DNA from: the human T2T-CHM13v2.0 reference genome, Homo sapiens
Assembly: GCF_009914755.1 (NCBI RefSeq)
Contig: NC_060931.1
Length of the DNA stretch: 64,000 nt
Reading direction: 5' to 3' (one strand)
In this document: piece by piece, positions 40,024 to 54,155 of the stretch
Layout of the letters: each line of letters begins with the position of its first letter
Numbering within the stretch: the first letter of the stretch is position 1
Made by a program: the position numbers and the translations under genes
The notes under the pieces: model-generated
Database searches by the model: none
What the model saw: the letters and a program-made list of their open reading frames with translations, nothing else
What the model was told of the DNA's origin: nothing

Positions 40024-40856
40024 GTAAAACATGTTCAAAACAACAAAAAAAAAGAAACTAAAGTTCTAGAAGTTCAGCCTTTTGGCTCTAGCCCTGAGGA
40101 CCTAAAGTTAAAATGAATTGGAAAAATACCCCTTTGTTTTGTAATAACTGGTTGACTATACATATTGGGTCTTAACATATGTACCAGAAACCTAAGTAAC
40201 ATCTGCTCACTTGTTTGCTTTCAGCCAGACCATGTTAACCCTGGGATGAAGCCATTGTTGTCTCAAATTAACACAAGTATTTTAGTCACATCCACAGGGT
40301 CAAGTCGCATCACTGCAGTAATGCCCACTACTTTTCTCATTTTCACAATTTCTTCTAGGAATTCTAGCTCATGAAAATGTAGTCCACATATAATCCCTAG
40401 TCAAATTAGGACTTGCAAAGAAATATGGACAAAGTATGAATAACTAGAAAAAAAAAACGCTACTGGCTTCAGATGAAATCCATTACCCAGCATGGTTTTT
40501 CTGCTACCAGTACTTAAGCATCCCTCTCTGATTATAACAATTCTGTGGACACGACCAAGGCAGTGATGTTGTAAGTCAGGCCAGATCTTAAAGGGAAGTC
40601 CCATTCTTGACTAGCGTTGTGTCTTTCTTATCTATGGTGCCATGTGTTAACAAGATGTATCAATCAGATAGTCAGGATAGTTGGGAAGTGTACATCAAGA
40701 CCTAACTCAGTTAAAAATGTGAGGCAACTCCATAGAATTGTGAAAGTGAACTCTGTCAAGACATTTATATGAGAAAGATCTTGGAATTTCACAATCTGCC
40801 TCCTCTTTAGAAAAGCTGCCTAAATTTTCATATGCCTAAATATTATTACATCTGAT

Positions 40857-41424
40857 TGTGATAGTCAGAACTCTAAGATAGTGCTCCCCAAATTTCCAGC
40901 CTCTGGAGTATACATATCTTTTCCCAGTCAATTACACCCTGACCTGGGTGCTGCTATAAAGGAATTTTTCAGATGTAATTAAGTTCCTAGATAAATTGAC
41001 TTTAGCAATGGGAGAATATCCTACCTGAGACTGATCGAATCATGTTAGCCCTTAAAGGGATCTAGCTTTTCCCAGTTAGAGAGATTTGAGGTATGAGAGG
41101 AATTTTAGATAAAGATTTTCTGTTGCTGAGTTTGAAGATGGAAGGGGTCTCATGGCCTCTGGGAGATGTAGGAGATTCCATCTGAAAGCCAGAAAGGAAG
41201 CGGGGACCTCAGTCTAACGGCTACAGTGAACTGAAAGAGGACTTCAACCTCCTGATGAAAATGCAGTTGCTTGACACGTTGATTTTAGCCTGTGAGACCT
41301 TGGACAAGATCCCAGCCACACTGTGCCCAGATTTCTGACCTACAGAACTATGAGCTAATAAATGGGTGTGGTTTTAAGCCATTATGTGGCAATTTACTAT
41401 GAAGGAATAGATAAACAATATACA
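40857..41424 (+). mobile_element. MaLR solo LTR, MLT1E-like
   Basis: tgtgatagtcagaactctaagat...cagatgtaattaag...tttgaagatgga...ttctgacctacagaactatgagctaataaatgggtgtggttttaagcc...aatataca. Confidence 0.8.
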
Positions 41425-41879
41425 GTTTGGCTGTGCTCTGAATGCAGCTTTATTGCACTATTATTTGATTTTTAGAACTTTTTCTATTTTCTAGTCTACT
41501 CTTTTACCTGGGTAACTGTATTAGTATTTAAAAAGTTTAGTAGTCTATCCAATATATTACAAAAGTGAGGGAGAGTTCGAAGAGCTTGCATATAAATGTA
41601 CAAATGAATAAATGTCTCCTGCCAACATTCGATAGAATTATTCCTGAAATTTTGTTTAAGTACACATGTTTCCATAACATTGAACAGACATTTGTCTAAT
41701 TGGAACAGAAAGTCAGTTTTTTAAGCCTCTTTCTATTAGGGGCTGAGGAGCATTGCTTGATTTTCTTTGGCACTTTCCACCATATGGAAGACTTGAAGGT
41801 CCAAAGACAGTTATACTGAGGCTGAAGTATTTAGCCCATGTACCACTTCAAGGGAAGTCAAACTTTCCATAACAATCTT

Positions 41880-42285
41880 TCATTTATTTCATAGTTTCCA
41901 AGACTTTTCATTTCTGTGGCATTTCCTTAGTGTGGCTAAACCACACTTCAACTCTTATCCTGGCAACAACTCTGCTTCCTGGCAAGTGCTCAGTCATTTA
42001 GAGTCGACTGTGGGTTACATAGCCTGCTTTATAGTCGACCCCAAAACATCATGGTCTGAAGCTGTTTCAGCATTCCAACGTCCTGTCTTTGCTCTCCTGA
42101 AGCAATCTATCGCCACTTAGAAGCTCTGAGATAGACAATGAGACCTTGTACACTACCAGAGGGATTAGCCTGATTTCTTACAGGAATGTTTACGTAATCT
42201 GTCATTTGTTCATTTAACTTTATATTCCCAGCAAAATAATAAATGTTAAGAACTCATAAATATTCACTGAGTGAATTAATGACTC
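41880..42285 (+). mobile_element. L2 3' fragments
   Basis: tagaagctctgaga...; actcataaatattcactgagtgaattaatga tail. Confidence 0.45.
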
Positions 42286-42551
42286 TTTGTATTCTAATTA
42301 TCTATTACAGTTAGCAAGGTACATGCTTTTTAGCCATAAACACCTGTATTCAAGTTTCACTTCTCTGCTATGTCCTATACATTCTATAGATGTGATATAG
42401 GAGACTGCTTGAGAACAAAGGAACAAAATTAAACAGGATAAACTTCTAGTCCCCACCCCTACCTCCATAAGATAAGGCCCAATTAAATTCACTTCTTATA
42501 CTGGGCTTTCCTGTATAATATCATTCATACTAATGAAAGTTTGAAAACCAC

Positions 42552-42910
42552 TGTGATATGAAATGAATGTTTATATCCCCGAAACATTCATATATTGAAG
42601 CCCTAATCCCCAGTGGGACTACATTTGGAGACAGGGCCTTTAGAGAAGTAATTAGGTTTGATGAGGTCATGAGGAAGAGACTATTACAAAGTTAGTATTT
42701 TTGTAAGAAGAGACACCAGAGCTTGTGCTTTCTCTCTCTCAGCCATGTACGGACACAGTGAGATGGTGGCAGTCTATAAACCAGGAAGAGAGACCTCTCC
42801 AGAAACTGACTATGCTGGCACCTTGATCTAGCATAGCTGGCACTATGCTAGATTCCAGAACTAAGAGAAATGAATTTCTGTTGTCATGGAATCCTGAACT
42901 GACTTAGACA
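42552..42910 (+). mobile_element. MaLR solo LTR, MLT1A/A0-like
   Basis: tgaatgtttatatcccc...cattcatatattgaagccctaatcccc...gatgaggtcatgagg...agaagagacaccagag...gctggcaccttgatct...gacttagaca. Confidence 0.85.
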
Positions 42911-42984
42911 CACTGATGAAAGGAGTTCACATGTATTGAATGCACACAGTTTTAAAATTATATTAAAGAATGAAATTCCCCAAT

Positions 42985-43595
42985 AACCATATGAGATGGC
43001 GTTTTTATTATTATCCACATTTTACAGATGAAGGGAATAGGAAAGAGACAGTACAAATATCTTACCCAGGATTTCCTGGCTGCTAAGCGAAGGAGTGTAT
43101 TAGTTTCCTATTGCTGTCATAACGAATTACCACAAACTTGGTGGCATAAACAACAGAAATTTATTTTCTCACAGTTCTGCAGAACACCAGTCCAAAATCA
43201 AGGCACTGGCAGTGCTACATTCCCTCTAGGGGTGCTAGGAGAGAATTAATTTCCTTGTCCTTCCAGCTTCTGGTGGCTGAAAGAGGTTTGTGCCCACACT
43301 GCTCCAGTCTCAGCCTCTGTCTTCATATTGCCTTCTCCTCTGTATTGGTCTCAAACATCCTTCTGCTTTTGTCTTAAAAGGACTATTTGTCACGGTTTTA
43401 TTCCCCATCTGAATAATCCAGAATGATCTCCTCATCTCAGAATCCGTAACTTGCTTACATCTGCAAAGATATTTTATTCCAAAAAAGGTAACATTCATAG
43501 GTTCCAGGAATTAAAATATGAATATATTGTGCTGGGGTCATCACTCAACCTAGTATAAGAAGCCACAATTTAGACCAGGTAATCTTGTTCCAATA
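42985..43595 (-). mobile_element. MIR interrupted by the MLT1C insertion
   Basis: tattattatccacattttacagatgaag...cttacccagg on the left, continuing agaagccacaatttagaccagg on the right. Confidence 0.6.
43096..43557 (-). mobile_element. MaLR solo LTR, MLT1C-like
   Basis: tgtattagtttcctattgctgtcataacgaattaccacaaacttggtggc...ataatccagaatgatctc...acatctgcaaaga...; 5-bp TSD aggag/agaag. Confidence 0.85.
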
Positions 43596-45739
43596 AGTAT
43601 AAGGTATAACAAATGAATTAAGGCAACATTTTAAAACCTAAATTTAAAGCAATTTGGTCCTATTTTTATATTTAGCCTTATACCTTTCACAGAGTACATA
43701 TGAAGACCTTCTGGATAATAAAATCTCACATATATGTGAGTTAAATTGCAATAAGCAAAGCATCATAACCCCAAATTATGCTACATGCATAAGAATGACT
43801 GAATTCTTCTGATATAAGTTCCTCTTAGACCAACATTGACTCTTTCTTATAAACACTATCTAAAAATACCAATATCTAAAACACTATCTAAAAATACCCA
43901 TCATGCCAATGTGTCTCAAAAAATTTGTTGATTGTTTTGTTAAAAGAAATCTAAGTACACCTCCCAATTAAAATAGTTTTCTCTAATTACCCAATATTAT
44001 TAAGAACTAAGTTTATTGCTGGAGATAGCATCTGGAGATTTTGCTGGAGATATTTTACTGGGATGAATGATATTTTAGACTCAATACAAATACTTCCTCT
44101 AGGCCTCTCAGTGATGTTCTTTTGGGGAAGTCACATTGGATCCCCTGTGATATATTTCGCTGGAAATACCCAATTAGATTGCCTGATTGGTATATATAAA
44201 ATATGGCATGTAGAACAAAAGATGTTGAAAATCTTTGATAAATATATGCAATGGCAAAAGTATTCTTGTATCAAAAGTTGGATATGAATGCCAGAAAAAA
44301 ATAAACTTTTAAAATACCATTTTCTTTCAACAAACAGAATTGAAAATATGTTGAGTGTTCTGCCAGCCATTTTCATTTTGTTACATTTATTCTATCATTT
44401 TTAGGACTGATATTATATCCTCTCTTTATTATCTTACCAAATATACCAGAGGTTTTGAACTAAATTTCTCTCCCTTAATTCTGTTTCAATAGTATAAACA
44501 TTTCTTTGGCATATAACCTCATTTAAATATTTTCTTACTTTAATTTTATCCTGAAAACCCCATGCTAATTTTTAAAGGCAATTCTTAAATGAAAAATTTA
44601 TAATAATGACTTAGTATTTTGGTGTAAATCAAATAGTACTGATGGGGAATTAATTCTTGTGGTTATATTCTGCAAAAAAAAATCACAAATGCAGAAACAC
44701 ATTTTGCATTTCATATAACTTTGAGTGCCCCATTTCGAATCCCAAGATGACTGCTATAAAAAGGGAAACAAGTGCAATATATGCCAAAAAATGAAAGAAA
44801 CATAGAGAGACACTTTAAAAATATTAGGAAATATGTGACAAATCTTGGTGTTATATTATTTTTCATTCTTAAGAGTTTGAACATTAATTTAGAAACCAAC
44901 TGACCTGTTGTTTTCTAAAATAGCATTTTGCTATCACTTTTATTTTAGGTTTCCTGGATTATAATGCATAAATTATGAAGTTTTTAAGTAGGAAAAATGG
45001 AACAAACTAATCATACAAGTGCTCAGATTCTCTTTCCTAAGCCCTTAGTGGAGAGTCAACAATTTACTTCAATCTCCAGAAATAGAGTAGGCATTAAGGA
45101 CATATAAACCTTTTATCTAGCCGAGAATGGTATAGTAAGGAGGAAGGCATATTATCCAAGGTACACATTAGAAGATGTAATATTTAAAAGAACACTCTTT
45201 TTAAATAGGAAACTACATGAAGATCTCTCACAGGTTTAGAAGAAGAGTTTGCAGACTATAAGATATTTAAATGTTTTAATGCTAAAACAATGTTATCCAT
45301 ATTAATACTACGTTAAATATTAGACAAGAGTCTGTGGACTAAATAACAGCATTTTTTCAGTGTTTATTTTGTAATTTTTCAGGTAATATTGTGGTAACAT
45401 AGAGAATTTATCATTTACAGGAAATGTACTCAAGTATCTATGGGTTATCATGCATTATGCCTGCACCTTATTTTCCTACAGTTTAGTAAAAATGTTCTTT
45501 GCATTATTATTGTAACTTTTCAATAATTTTGAAATTATTTCTTGGTATAAAGAAAAAAATATATTTCCAGGACAATTTTTGGGTTAGATGTAGCTCAACT
45601 AACAAGGCTACACATAAAACAAAATGCGGTAAAATATGATCCTGAGTAACCTATAGTATTAACTTATAAAAAACAATACATGGAAACTATAAGAAATAAT
45701 AATATAAATTATTTTTAGTTCCTTATTTTTTCCTTTAAT

Positions 45740-46150
45740 ACTAACAGTGACTTTCTAAAATTTCAAATAAGTTTATAATTATAGGGGAAAATTGCAAAAA
45801 TTGTGAAAAGACCTTCATGTTGATTACCCTTCATTTAGGCTATCCCAATTGTAACCTGTTATTATATTGCTTTGTCATGTCTCTATTTTATATACTTATC
45901 ATTATTACTATTGTTATTCTGAATCATATGGGAGTAAGTTGCTGAATTACTCCTAAATACCTGAGTGCCTTTTTCTACTTTACCACTCATACTAATGATG
46001 CTAATAATGTCCTTTAGAGCATAAGGAAAAAAAAAGTTGTAGTCCAGGATCCAATGCAGAGTTACACTGCATTTACAATCTGGAAGAATTCTTCAGTCTT
46101 GTTTTCTTGTCTTCCTTGATCTTTACATTTTTGAAGATTACAATTTGGCT
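45740..46150 (-). mobile_element. Old L1MC-type 3'UTR fragment
   Basis: aaaatttcaaataag...aaaattgcaaaaa...ttctgaatcatatgggagtaagttgc...tagtccaggatccaat...caatctggaagaattcttcagtctt. Confidence 0.5.
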
Positions 46151-46572
46151 TTGGAGGTATCTATTACTAAAATATCCTGATATAAGCAAGAAAGTCTCTT
46201 TCTGGGTATTTGTCCTAGATAAACCACATATAAATATATCTGAGCTTAGAGAAGCAAAGTAAATAATAGCTAGTTTTAGAGTTATTTAATATTTTTAAAT
46301 ATGTATGTATACAGCTTTAATAAAGACTAAAATTTAAAAAAATTAAAAAGTGAGTAAATTTAATCACATAACTGGAAAGCCCCGTCTTACCAATTATTAG
46401 TAAGGAGAAAGACAATTTGATTTTAGTGTTTAAATACAAGGGCTGGGCCCCAACCTGACCATGTTGCCAGATTACTATGTCTGCTCTCAGGCTTCCTTTC
46501 ACAAATACTCCTTGGATCATAATGACCAAGACTGCTCAGGAAATCAAATTTATCCTTTAAGGTTGGTTTTCA

Positions 46573-46605
<33 letters not shown>

Positions 46606-46864
46606 CGCCTCGCAGAACCCTACTTCTAATTCATGGTTTCTTATCTGGCAAGTTTCCAGCAGATGGGGCCTTTTGTTTCCAAGAACTCTACTATTGTACA
46701 GTATAAGACTCTTTTCTCCTCAGAAATCATCCACTATCTGAGAAATGGCATTCTGCTTAAGGCAATGAAACATAAAGGTCCAACATAGGTTCTTGCTCAC
46801 CACATAAAAGTTATGGAGACCAAGATATAGAAATCAGGGTGGACCAACATTCTAGAGTAAGGCT

Positions 46865-47050
46865 CCCAGAATTGTAACCTTGGATCTGTGAATAGATTTC
46901 AGAGGGTTCATGAAACTGTATGGGCAAAAACTGTATACTTATTTCACTAATTTCTAAGAAAACTGAGCACTCTCTTCACTTACAAAGTAGTCAACAAAGT
47001 TTAATAAGTTTAGCAGTACCTGCAATTTTTCAGATATCACATGTTTTCAC
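46865..47050. mobile_element. Possible hAT-Charlie-type MER DNA transposon fragment
   Basis: aaccttggatctgtgaatagatttcagagggttcatgaa...ttatttcactaatttctaagaaaactgagca resembles recalled MER consensus; subfamily uncertain. Confidence 0.35.
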
Positions 47051-47068
47051 ACAAGTTTAATGACTCTT

Positions 47069-47418
<350 letters not shown>

Positions 47419-48719
47419 TCATGGTACACATGTAACTGAATTAAAAAATAGTTTCATGTGAGAAATAGACATTTTTGTAGATAAATTTGCAGAAAGCCAA
47501 TTTAATAAAAGCCAATTTGCCACAAAGAATCAACTTACCTAATCAACTTAATACATTTTTAAACTGGTTTTAAAATCTTTCAAAATTATTATGCAAATAT
47601 AGGTGATCAATTACTGTGTTAAAAGTGCTTTTCCATTTTATGGAATATAAAATGTTCATAAACTGAAGAGCCAAAGAGTGTTTAGTTGATACATGCAATC
47701 AACATAAATATGTATTTGATTAGGAGTAATAAAAATATCATCATGATCATGTTGGTGTCATTTGTTCTTCAAGAAGAATTATACATGATCTTCTGAATGG
47801 AGACAGAAAAAAATTTGATATGATTCAACACCCTATAAAAGTCTGGAAAATAAACCAAGTGAAAGATAACAGCGAGAGGAATAGAGAGTGAAGGCGACCT
47901 ATTTAGAGTGTGGCAGCAAGAACTCAGATACTTACAGTCAGTAGATCAGTTATAAATGTTTGAATCCCAGGTGAGATGGTTGTATTTCAAAATAAGAGCC
48001 AAAGCTACTACTAAGCTGTATGCACAGACTGCTCTTGCTTTACCAGGCACTGGCTAGGTGCTCTCCCTCTGTAATGGTAGCTATCTAGGGCAATCTCCCA
48101 CAGTGTCTGCTTCTAGTGTTTAAAAAAGTTGATATCCCAATATTTAACTTCCTGTCCTCCTAAAAAGTTCTTTAACTAATTTGCAACATAAATACTAATA
48201 ATTTTTTAAAAACCTGAAACTCATAATTCAGATATTTATTAGTTGTTCTACAAAATTTAGACTCTGAGAAACAAAAAGAATAATATTTATGTGGCATTTT
48301 GCAATGATTTTGAACCGGTTAGTGGTAAAAAATGTCAAATATTTTTACAATGTAAATAAATTTCTGGGGGAATAATTGTACTAGAGATGTGAAAGCACTT
48401 ATATCTAAACCATGTGCTGTGTGTAGTTGAGGTAGATGATGTTGTAAGAACCAGTCCTAAGCACAACCATTTAAGTCATTGTGCCCATGTACAAATTAGG
48501 ATCATTATGAGAACTCTTCACAGTTGTAAAACCCTGAGAAATTTTCTCAAATTCAATAGGTAGATCAAATCCTTCTGTCATTTTAAAACTCTAAGTATAA
48601 CAATGTGAAAAGTCACATAAGAAGTGTCAGAGAAGCCCAGCCCATTAATCCATTTCTCACCACAACATTATAGTTCCTCTGGCTTCAATAAAATGAAAAA
48701 AATATATAGTGTATAGTTT

Positions 48720-49190
48720 TGTTATCTGTTCCCCTGTGTGAATGCTCTCCTTTTCTTTCTCGAAAATCTCTTATTTTCATTTGTGAATCCATGAGGTTTT
48801 GGGGGAAATGACACTATTCATATAAAACTGAGGTATCTTACCTGTTCTAGGGTAATCAGCATATGAAATAACCTAGAGAGAGTGATTAATTTAGAAATAG
48901 GCATGTGCCTCAAGCCAGTCAAACGGAGCAAAAGTCAAGATTTGTGAGGCAAATTATGCCTATATAGTAAGGATTGTATTTGAAAAATATTTAGAACCAT
49001 TTTTGCTACATTAAAAAACTAATTTTAATGAAACTAACACACAGAGGAAGGGAATAATGAGGAAATCTTAGATAAATGGAGCTTTATGTCATTGTACATC
49101 TCTGAAATAAGACTCAGCTTTATTCACAAATAATTCAGTTTGGATTAGTATTTCTGTTACTATTGTCTGTAAAGTAGTCTAACTGGGCAA
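48720..49190 (+). mobile_element. Ancient MaLR LTR (MLT1J/K-like)
   Basis: gtgattaatttagaaataggcatgtgcctcaagccagtcaa...cagtttggattagtatttctgttact...gtctaactg. Confidence 0.45.
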
Positions 49191-50193
49191 AAACTGTTCA
49201 CTTTAAATATGATTTTGATGCAGTAACAAATCACAGGGTACATTATGTTAGTAACTTTTTTATAAAATATAAAAGATCAAAAGCAAAATGTGATATACTT
49301 TCTTAAGCAGGATATAAATTTCATTAGAATGTATATATATTAGTTATTTGTCTTTATTAGGAATATGACTGACTGTGGCTATTTGTCACACCAGTAGCTA
49401 AAATGTGGATTACCTCAGAAAAAAAGCCAAGTAGGAAGAACAATATTTGAGGGACTTGCTTAGGAAGAGAAAATGTGAATTAAATACTTCAATTAATTAT
49501 TTCATCAATCTTTAGAATGGTTGAGAAATTCAGTCAATAAAACTCTATTCACGACACCATACAATCATGTCATAAATATGCTAAAATAATAGCTTATAAA
49601 TTGTGAAGGACAGATTTGCATTTCCATTAAGCTGTCTCTCTTAAAGGACTTTGTAGCAGTAATTGATTTATATGTCTTATCTTAGCCATAGCCCTTTTTA
49701 CACGAATCTAATTCTTTCTGTCTCCAAAAATATTTCGTATAAAGTTTGATTGCCTCAAGACGTACAATCTCATCAAAGAAAAGTGGTTTTTTTTTCCAAT
49801 ACTATTTTGTATTATCGTTTATGGGGCTCAAGGAACCTATCACAGTAAAATTATTACTTTATGTTTTGGTGAGCTAGTCTTTATTTGGTGAGCTAGTTTT
49901 CCATACTGTATAGATATTCAACTCATTAACTCTTATTTTATAAAATGAATATACTTTATTCTCAGAAATTTTTTCTTGCAAGCATCTTTTAACCTTTCTA
50001 CAGGAGATAATTTATATATTTATAAAAATACCATAAATATTATCACAATATCTACAAATCTCTAAGCAAATAAGAGAACTGGAGAAAAGTGTTGATATTC
50101 TTTCTTTTTTATGCTATTTTATAATAATTTCTTTTTCATTAAAGAGTTGAAGTTTTACAATATAGCTAGAGATTTTCTAGAAATTTTTGTCTG

Positions 50194-53066
50194 TTTTGTA
50201 TAAGGTGTAAGGAAGAGATCCAGTTTCAGCTTTCTACATATGGCTAGCCAGTTTTCCCAGCACCATTTATTAAATAGGGAATCATTTCCCCATTTTTTGT
50301 TTTTGTCAGGTTTGTCAAAGATCAGATGGTTGTAATTGTGTGGTGTTATTTCTGAGGACTCTGTTCTGTTCCATTGGTCTATATCTCTGTTTTGGTACCA
50401 GTACCATGCTGTTTTGGTACTGTAGCCTTGTAGTATAGTTTGAAGTCAGGTAGTGTGATGCCTCCAGATTTGTTCTTTTGGCTTAGGGTTTGTCTTGGCA
50501 ATGCAGGCTCTTTTTTGGTTCCATGTGAACTTCAAAGTAGTTTTTTTCCAATTCTGTGAAGAAAGTTATTGGTAGCTTGATGGGGATGGCATTGAATCTA
50601 TAAATTACCTTGGGCAATATGGCCATTTTCATGATATTGATTCTTTCTATCCATGAGCATGGAATGGTCTTCCATTTGTTTGTGTCTTCTTTTATTTCAT
50701 TGAGCAGAGGTTTGTAGTTCTCCTTGAAGAGGTCCTTCACATCCCTTGTAAGTTGGATTCCTAGGTATTTTATTCTATTTGTAGCAATTGTGAATGGAAG
50801 TTCACTCATAATTTGGTTCTCTGTTTGTCTGTTATTGGCATATAGGAATGCCTGTAATTTTTGCACATTGATTTTGTATCCTGAGACTTTGCTGAAGTTG
50901 CTTATCAGCTTAAGGAGATTTTGGGCTGAGACAGTGGGGTTTTCTAGATATACAATCATGTCATCTGCAAACAGGAACAATTTGACTTCCTCTTTTCCTA
51001 ATTGAATACCCTTTATTTCTTTTTCTTGCCTGATTGCCCTGGCCAGAACTTCCAACACTATGTTGAATAGGAGTGGTGAGAGAGGGCATCCCTGTCTTGT
51101 GCCAGTTTTCAAAGGGAATGCTTCCAGTTTTTGCCTATTCAGTATGATATTGGCTGTGGATTTGTCATAAATAGCTCTTATTATTTTGAGATACATTCCA
51201 TCAATACTTAGTTTATTGAGAGTTTTTGGCATGAAGGGCTGTTGAATTTTGTAGAAGGCCTTTTCTGCACCTATTGAGATAATCATGTGGTTTTTGTAGT
51301 TGGTTCTGTTTATGTATTGGATTATGTTTATTGATTTGTGTATGTGGAACCAGCCTTCCATCCCAGGGATGAAGCCAACTTGATTGTGGTGGATAAGCTT
51401 TTTGATATGCTGCTGAATTTGGTTTGCCAGTATTTTATTGAGGATTTTCGCATCGATGTTCATCACGGATATTGGTCTAAAATTCTCTTTTTTTGTTGTG
51501 TCTCTGCCAGGCTTTGGTATCAGGATGATGCTGGCCTCATAAAATGAGTTAGGGAGGATTCCCTCTGTTACTATTGATTGGAATAGTTTCAGAAGGAATG
51601 GTATCAGCTCCTCTTAGTACCTCTGGTAGAATTCGGCTGTGAATCCATCTGGTCCTGGACTTTTTTTGGTTGGTAGGCTATTAATTATTGCCTCAATTTC
51701 AGAACCTGTTATTGGTCTATTCAGAGATTCAACTTCTTCCTGGTTTAGTCTTGAGAGGGTGTATATGTCTAGGAATTTATCCATTTCTTCTAGAATTTCT
51801 AGTTTATTTGGGAAGAGGTGTTTATAGTATTCTCTGATGGTAGTTTGTATTTCTGTGGGATTGGTGGTGATATCCCCTTTATCATTTTTTATTGCATCTA
51901 TTTGATTCTTCTCTATTTTCTTCTTTATTAGTCTTGTTAGCAGTTTATCTATTTTGTTTATCTTTTCAAAAAACCAGCTCCTGGATTCATTGATTTTTTG
52001 AAGGTTTTTTGTGTCTCTATCTCTTTCAGTTCTGCTCTGATCTTAGTTATTTCTTGCCTTCTGCTAGCTTTTGAATTTGTTTGCTCTTGCTTCTCTATTT
52101 CTTTTAGTTGTGATGTTAGGGTGTCAATTTTAGATCTTTTCTGCTTTCTCTTGTGGGCATTCAGTGCTATAAGTTTCCCTCTACGCACTGCTTTAAATGT
52201 GTCCCAGAGATTCTGGTATGTTGTGTCTTTGTTCTCACTGGTTTCAAAGAACATCTTTATTTCTGCCTTCAATTCGTTATTTACCCAGTAGTCATTCAGG
52301 AGCAGGATTCAGTTTCCATGTAGTTGTGTGGTTTTGAGTGAGTTTCTTAATCCTGAGTTCTAATTTGATTGCACTGTGGTCTGAGAGACAGTTTGTTGTG
52401 ATTTCTGTTCTTTTACATTTGCTGAGGAGTGCTTTACTTCCAACTATGTGGTCAATTTTGGAATAAGTGTGATGTGGTGCTGAGAAGTATGTATATTCTG
52501 TTGATTTGGGGTGGAGAGTTCTGTAGATGTCTATTAGGTTGGCTTGGTGCAGAGCTGAGTTCAAGTCCCGGCTACCCTTGTTAACCTTCTGTCTCATTGA
52601 TCTGTCTAATATTGACAGTGGAGTATTAAAATCTCACATTGTTATTGTGTGGGAGTCCAGGTCTCTTTGTAAGTCTCTAAGGACTTGCTTTATGAATCTG
52701 GGTGCTCCTGTATTGTATGAATATATATTTAGGATAATTAGCTCTTCTTTTTGAATTGATCCCTTTACCATTATGTAGTGGCCTTCTTTGTCTCTTTTGA
52801 TCTTTATTGGTTTAAAGTCTGTTTTATCAGAAACTAGGATTGCAACCCCTGCTTTTTTTTTTCTTTCCATTTGCTTGTTAGATCTCCCTCCATCCCTTTA
52901 TTTTGAGCCTACATGTGTCTCTGCACGTGAGATGTGTCTCCTGAATATAGCACACTGATAGGTCTTGACTCTTTACCCATTTTGACAGTCTGTGTCTTTT
53001 AATTGGGGCATTTAGCCCATTTACATTTAAGGTTAATATTGTTATGTGTGAATTTGATCCTGTCAT
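50194..53066 (-). pseudogene. L1 ORF2p (endonuclease + reverse transcriptase) pseudogene, disrupted and C-terminally truncated
   Basis: Fragments 52878-53066, 52634-52870, 52292-52597 (SDHSAIKLEL), 51958-52272 and 50483-51466 (327-aa RT core). Confidence 0.92.
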
Positions 53067-53129
53067 TATGAAGTTAGCAGGTTATTTTGCCCGTTAGTTG
53101 ATGCAGTTCTTTCCTAGCATTGATGGTTC

Positions 53130-54155
53130 TTTACAATTTGGCATGTTTTTGCAGTGGCTGGTACCGGTTGTTCCCTTCCATGTTTAGTGCTTCCTTCAGG
53201 AACTCTGTAAAGCATGCCTGGTGGTGACAAAATTTCTCAGAGTTTGCTTCTCTGTAAAGGATTTTATTTCTCCTTCACTTATGAAGCTTAGTTTGGCTGG
53301 ATATGAAATTCTGGGTTGAAAATTCTTTTCTTTAAGAATGTTCAATATTGACCCCCCACTCTTCTGGCTTGCAGAGTTTTTGCTGAGAGATCCACTGTTA
53401 GTCTGATGGGCTTCCCTTTCTGGGTAACCCAACCTTTCTCTCTGGCTGCCCTTAACATTTTTTTCTTCATTTCAGCCTTGGTGAATCTGACAATTATGTG
53501 TCTTGGGGTTGCTCTTCTCGAGGAGTATCTTTGTGGTGTTCTCTGTATTTCCTGAATTTGAATGTTGGCTTGCCTTGCTAGGTTGGGGAAGTTCTCCTGG
53601 ATAATATCCTGAAGAGTGTTTTCCAACTTGGTTCCATTCTGCCAGTCACTTTCATGTACACCAATTAAATGTAGATTTGGTCTTTTCACATAGTCCCATA
53701 TTTCTTGGAGGCTTTGTTCGTTCATTTTAACTCTTTTTTCTCTAAAATTCTCTTCTTGCTTCATTTCGTTTATTTGATCTTCAATTACTGATACCCTTTC
53801 TTCCACTTGATCAAATCAGCTACTGAAGCTTTTGCATGCATCACGTAATTTTTGTGCTATGGTTTTTAGCTCCATCAGGCCATTTAAGGTCTTCTCTACA
53901 CTGTTTATTGTAGTTAGCCATTTGTTTAATCTTTTTTTCAAGGTTTTTAGCTTCCTTGTGATGGGTTTGAACATCCTCCTTTTGCTCGGAGAAGTTTGTT
54001 ATTACCGACCTTCTGAAGCCTAATTCTGTCAGCTCATCAAAGTCATTCTCCATCCAGGTTTGTTCCGTTGCTGGTGAGGAGTTGCAATCCTTTGGAGGAG
54101 AAGAGGCACTCTGGTTTTTAGAATTTTCAGCTTTTCTGCTCTGGTTTCTCCCCAT
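53130..54155 (-). pseudogene. L1 ORF1p pseudogene (frameshifted)
   Basis: ORF fragments 53841-54155, 53342-53806 (RPNLHLIGV, ENFPNLARQ, TPRHIIVRF) and 53196-53432 (NFQPRISYPAKLSF). Confidence 0.9.

Noticed and set aside
50483-51466. 327-aa reverse transcriptase ORF as a novel retron/RT system or domesticated gene
   Set aside because: It is the standard L1 ORF2p RT core inside a frameshifted, truncated L1PA.
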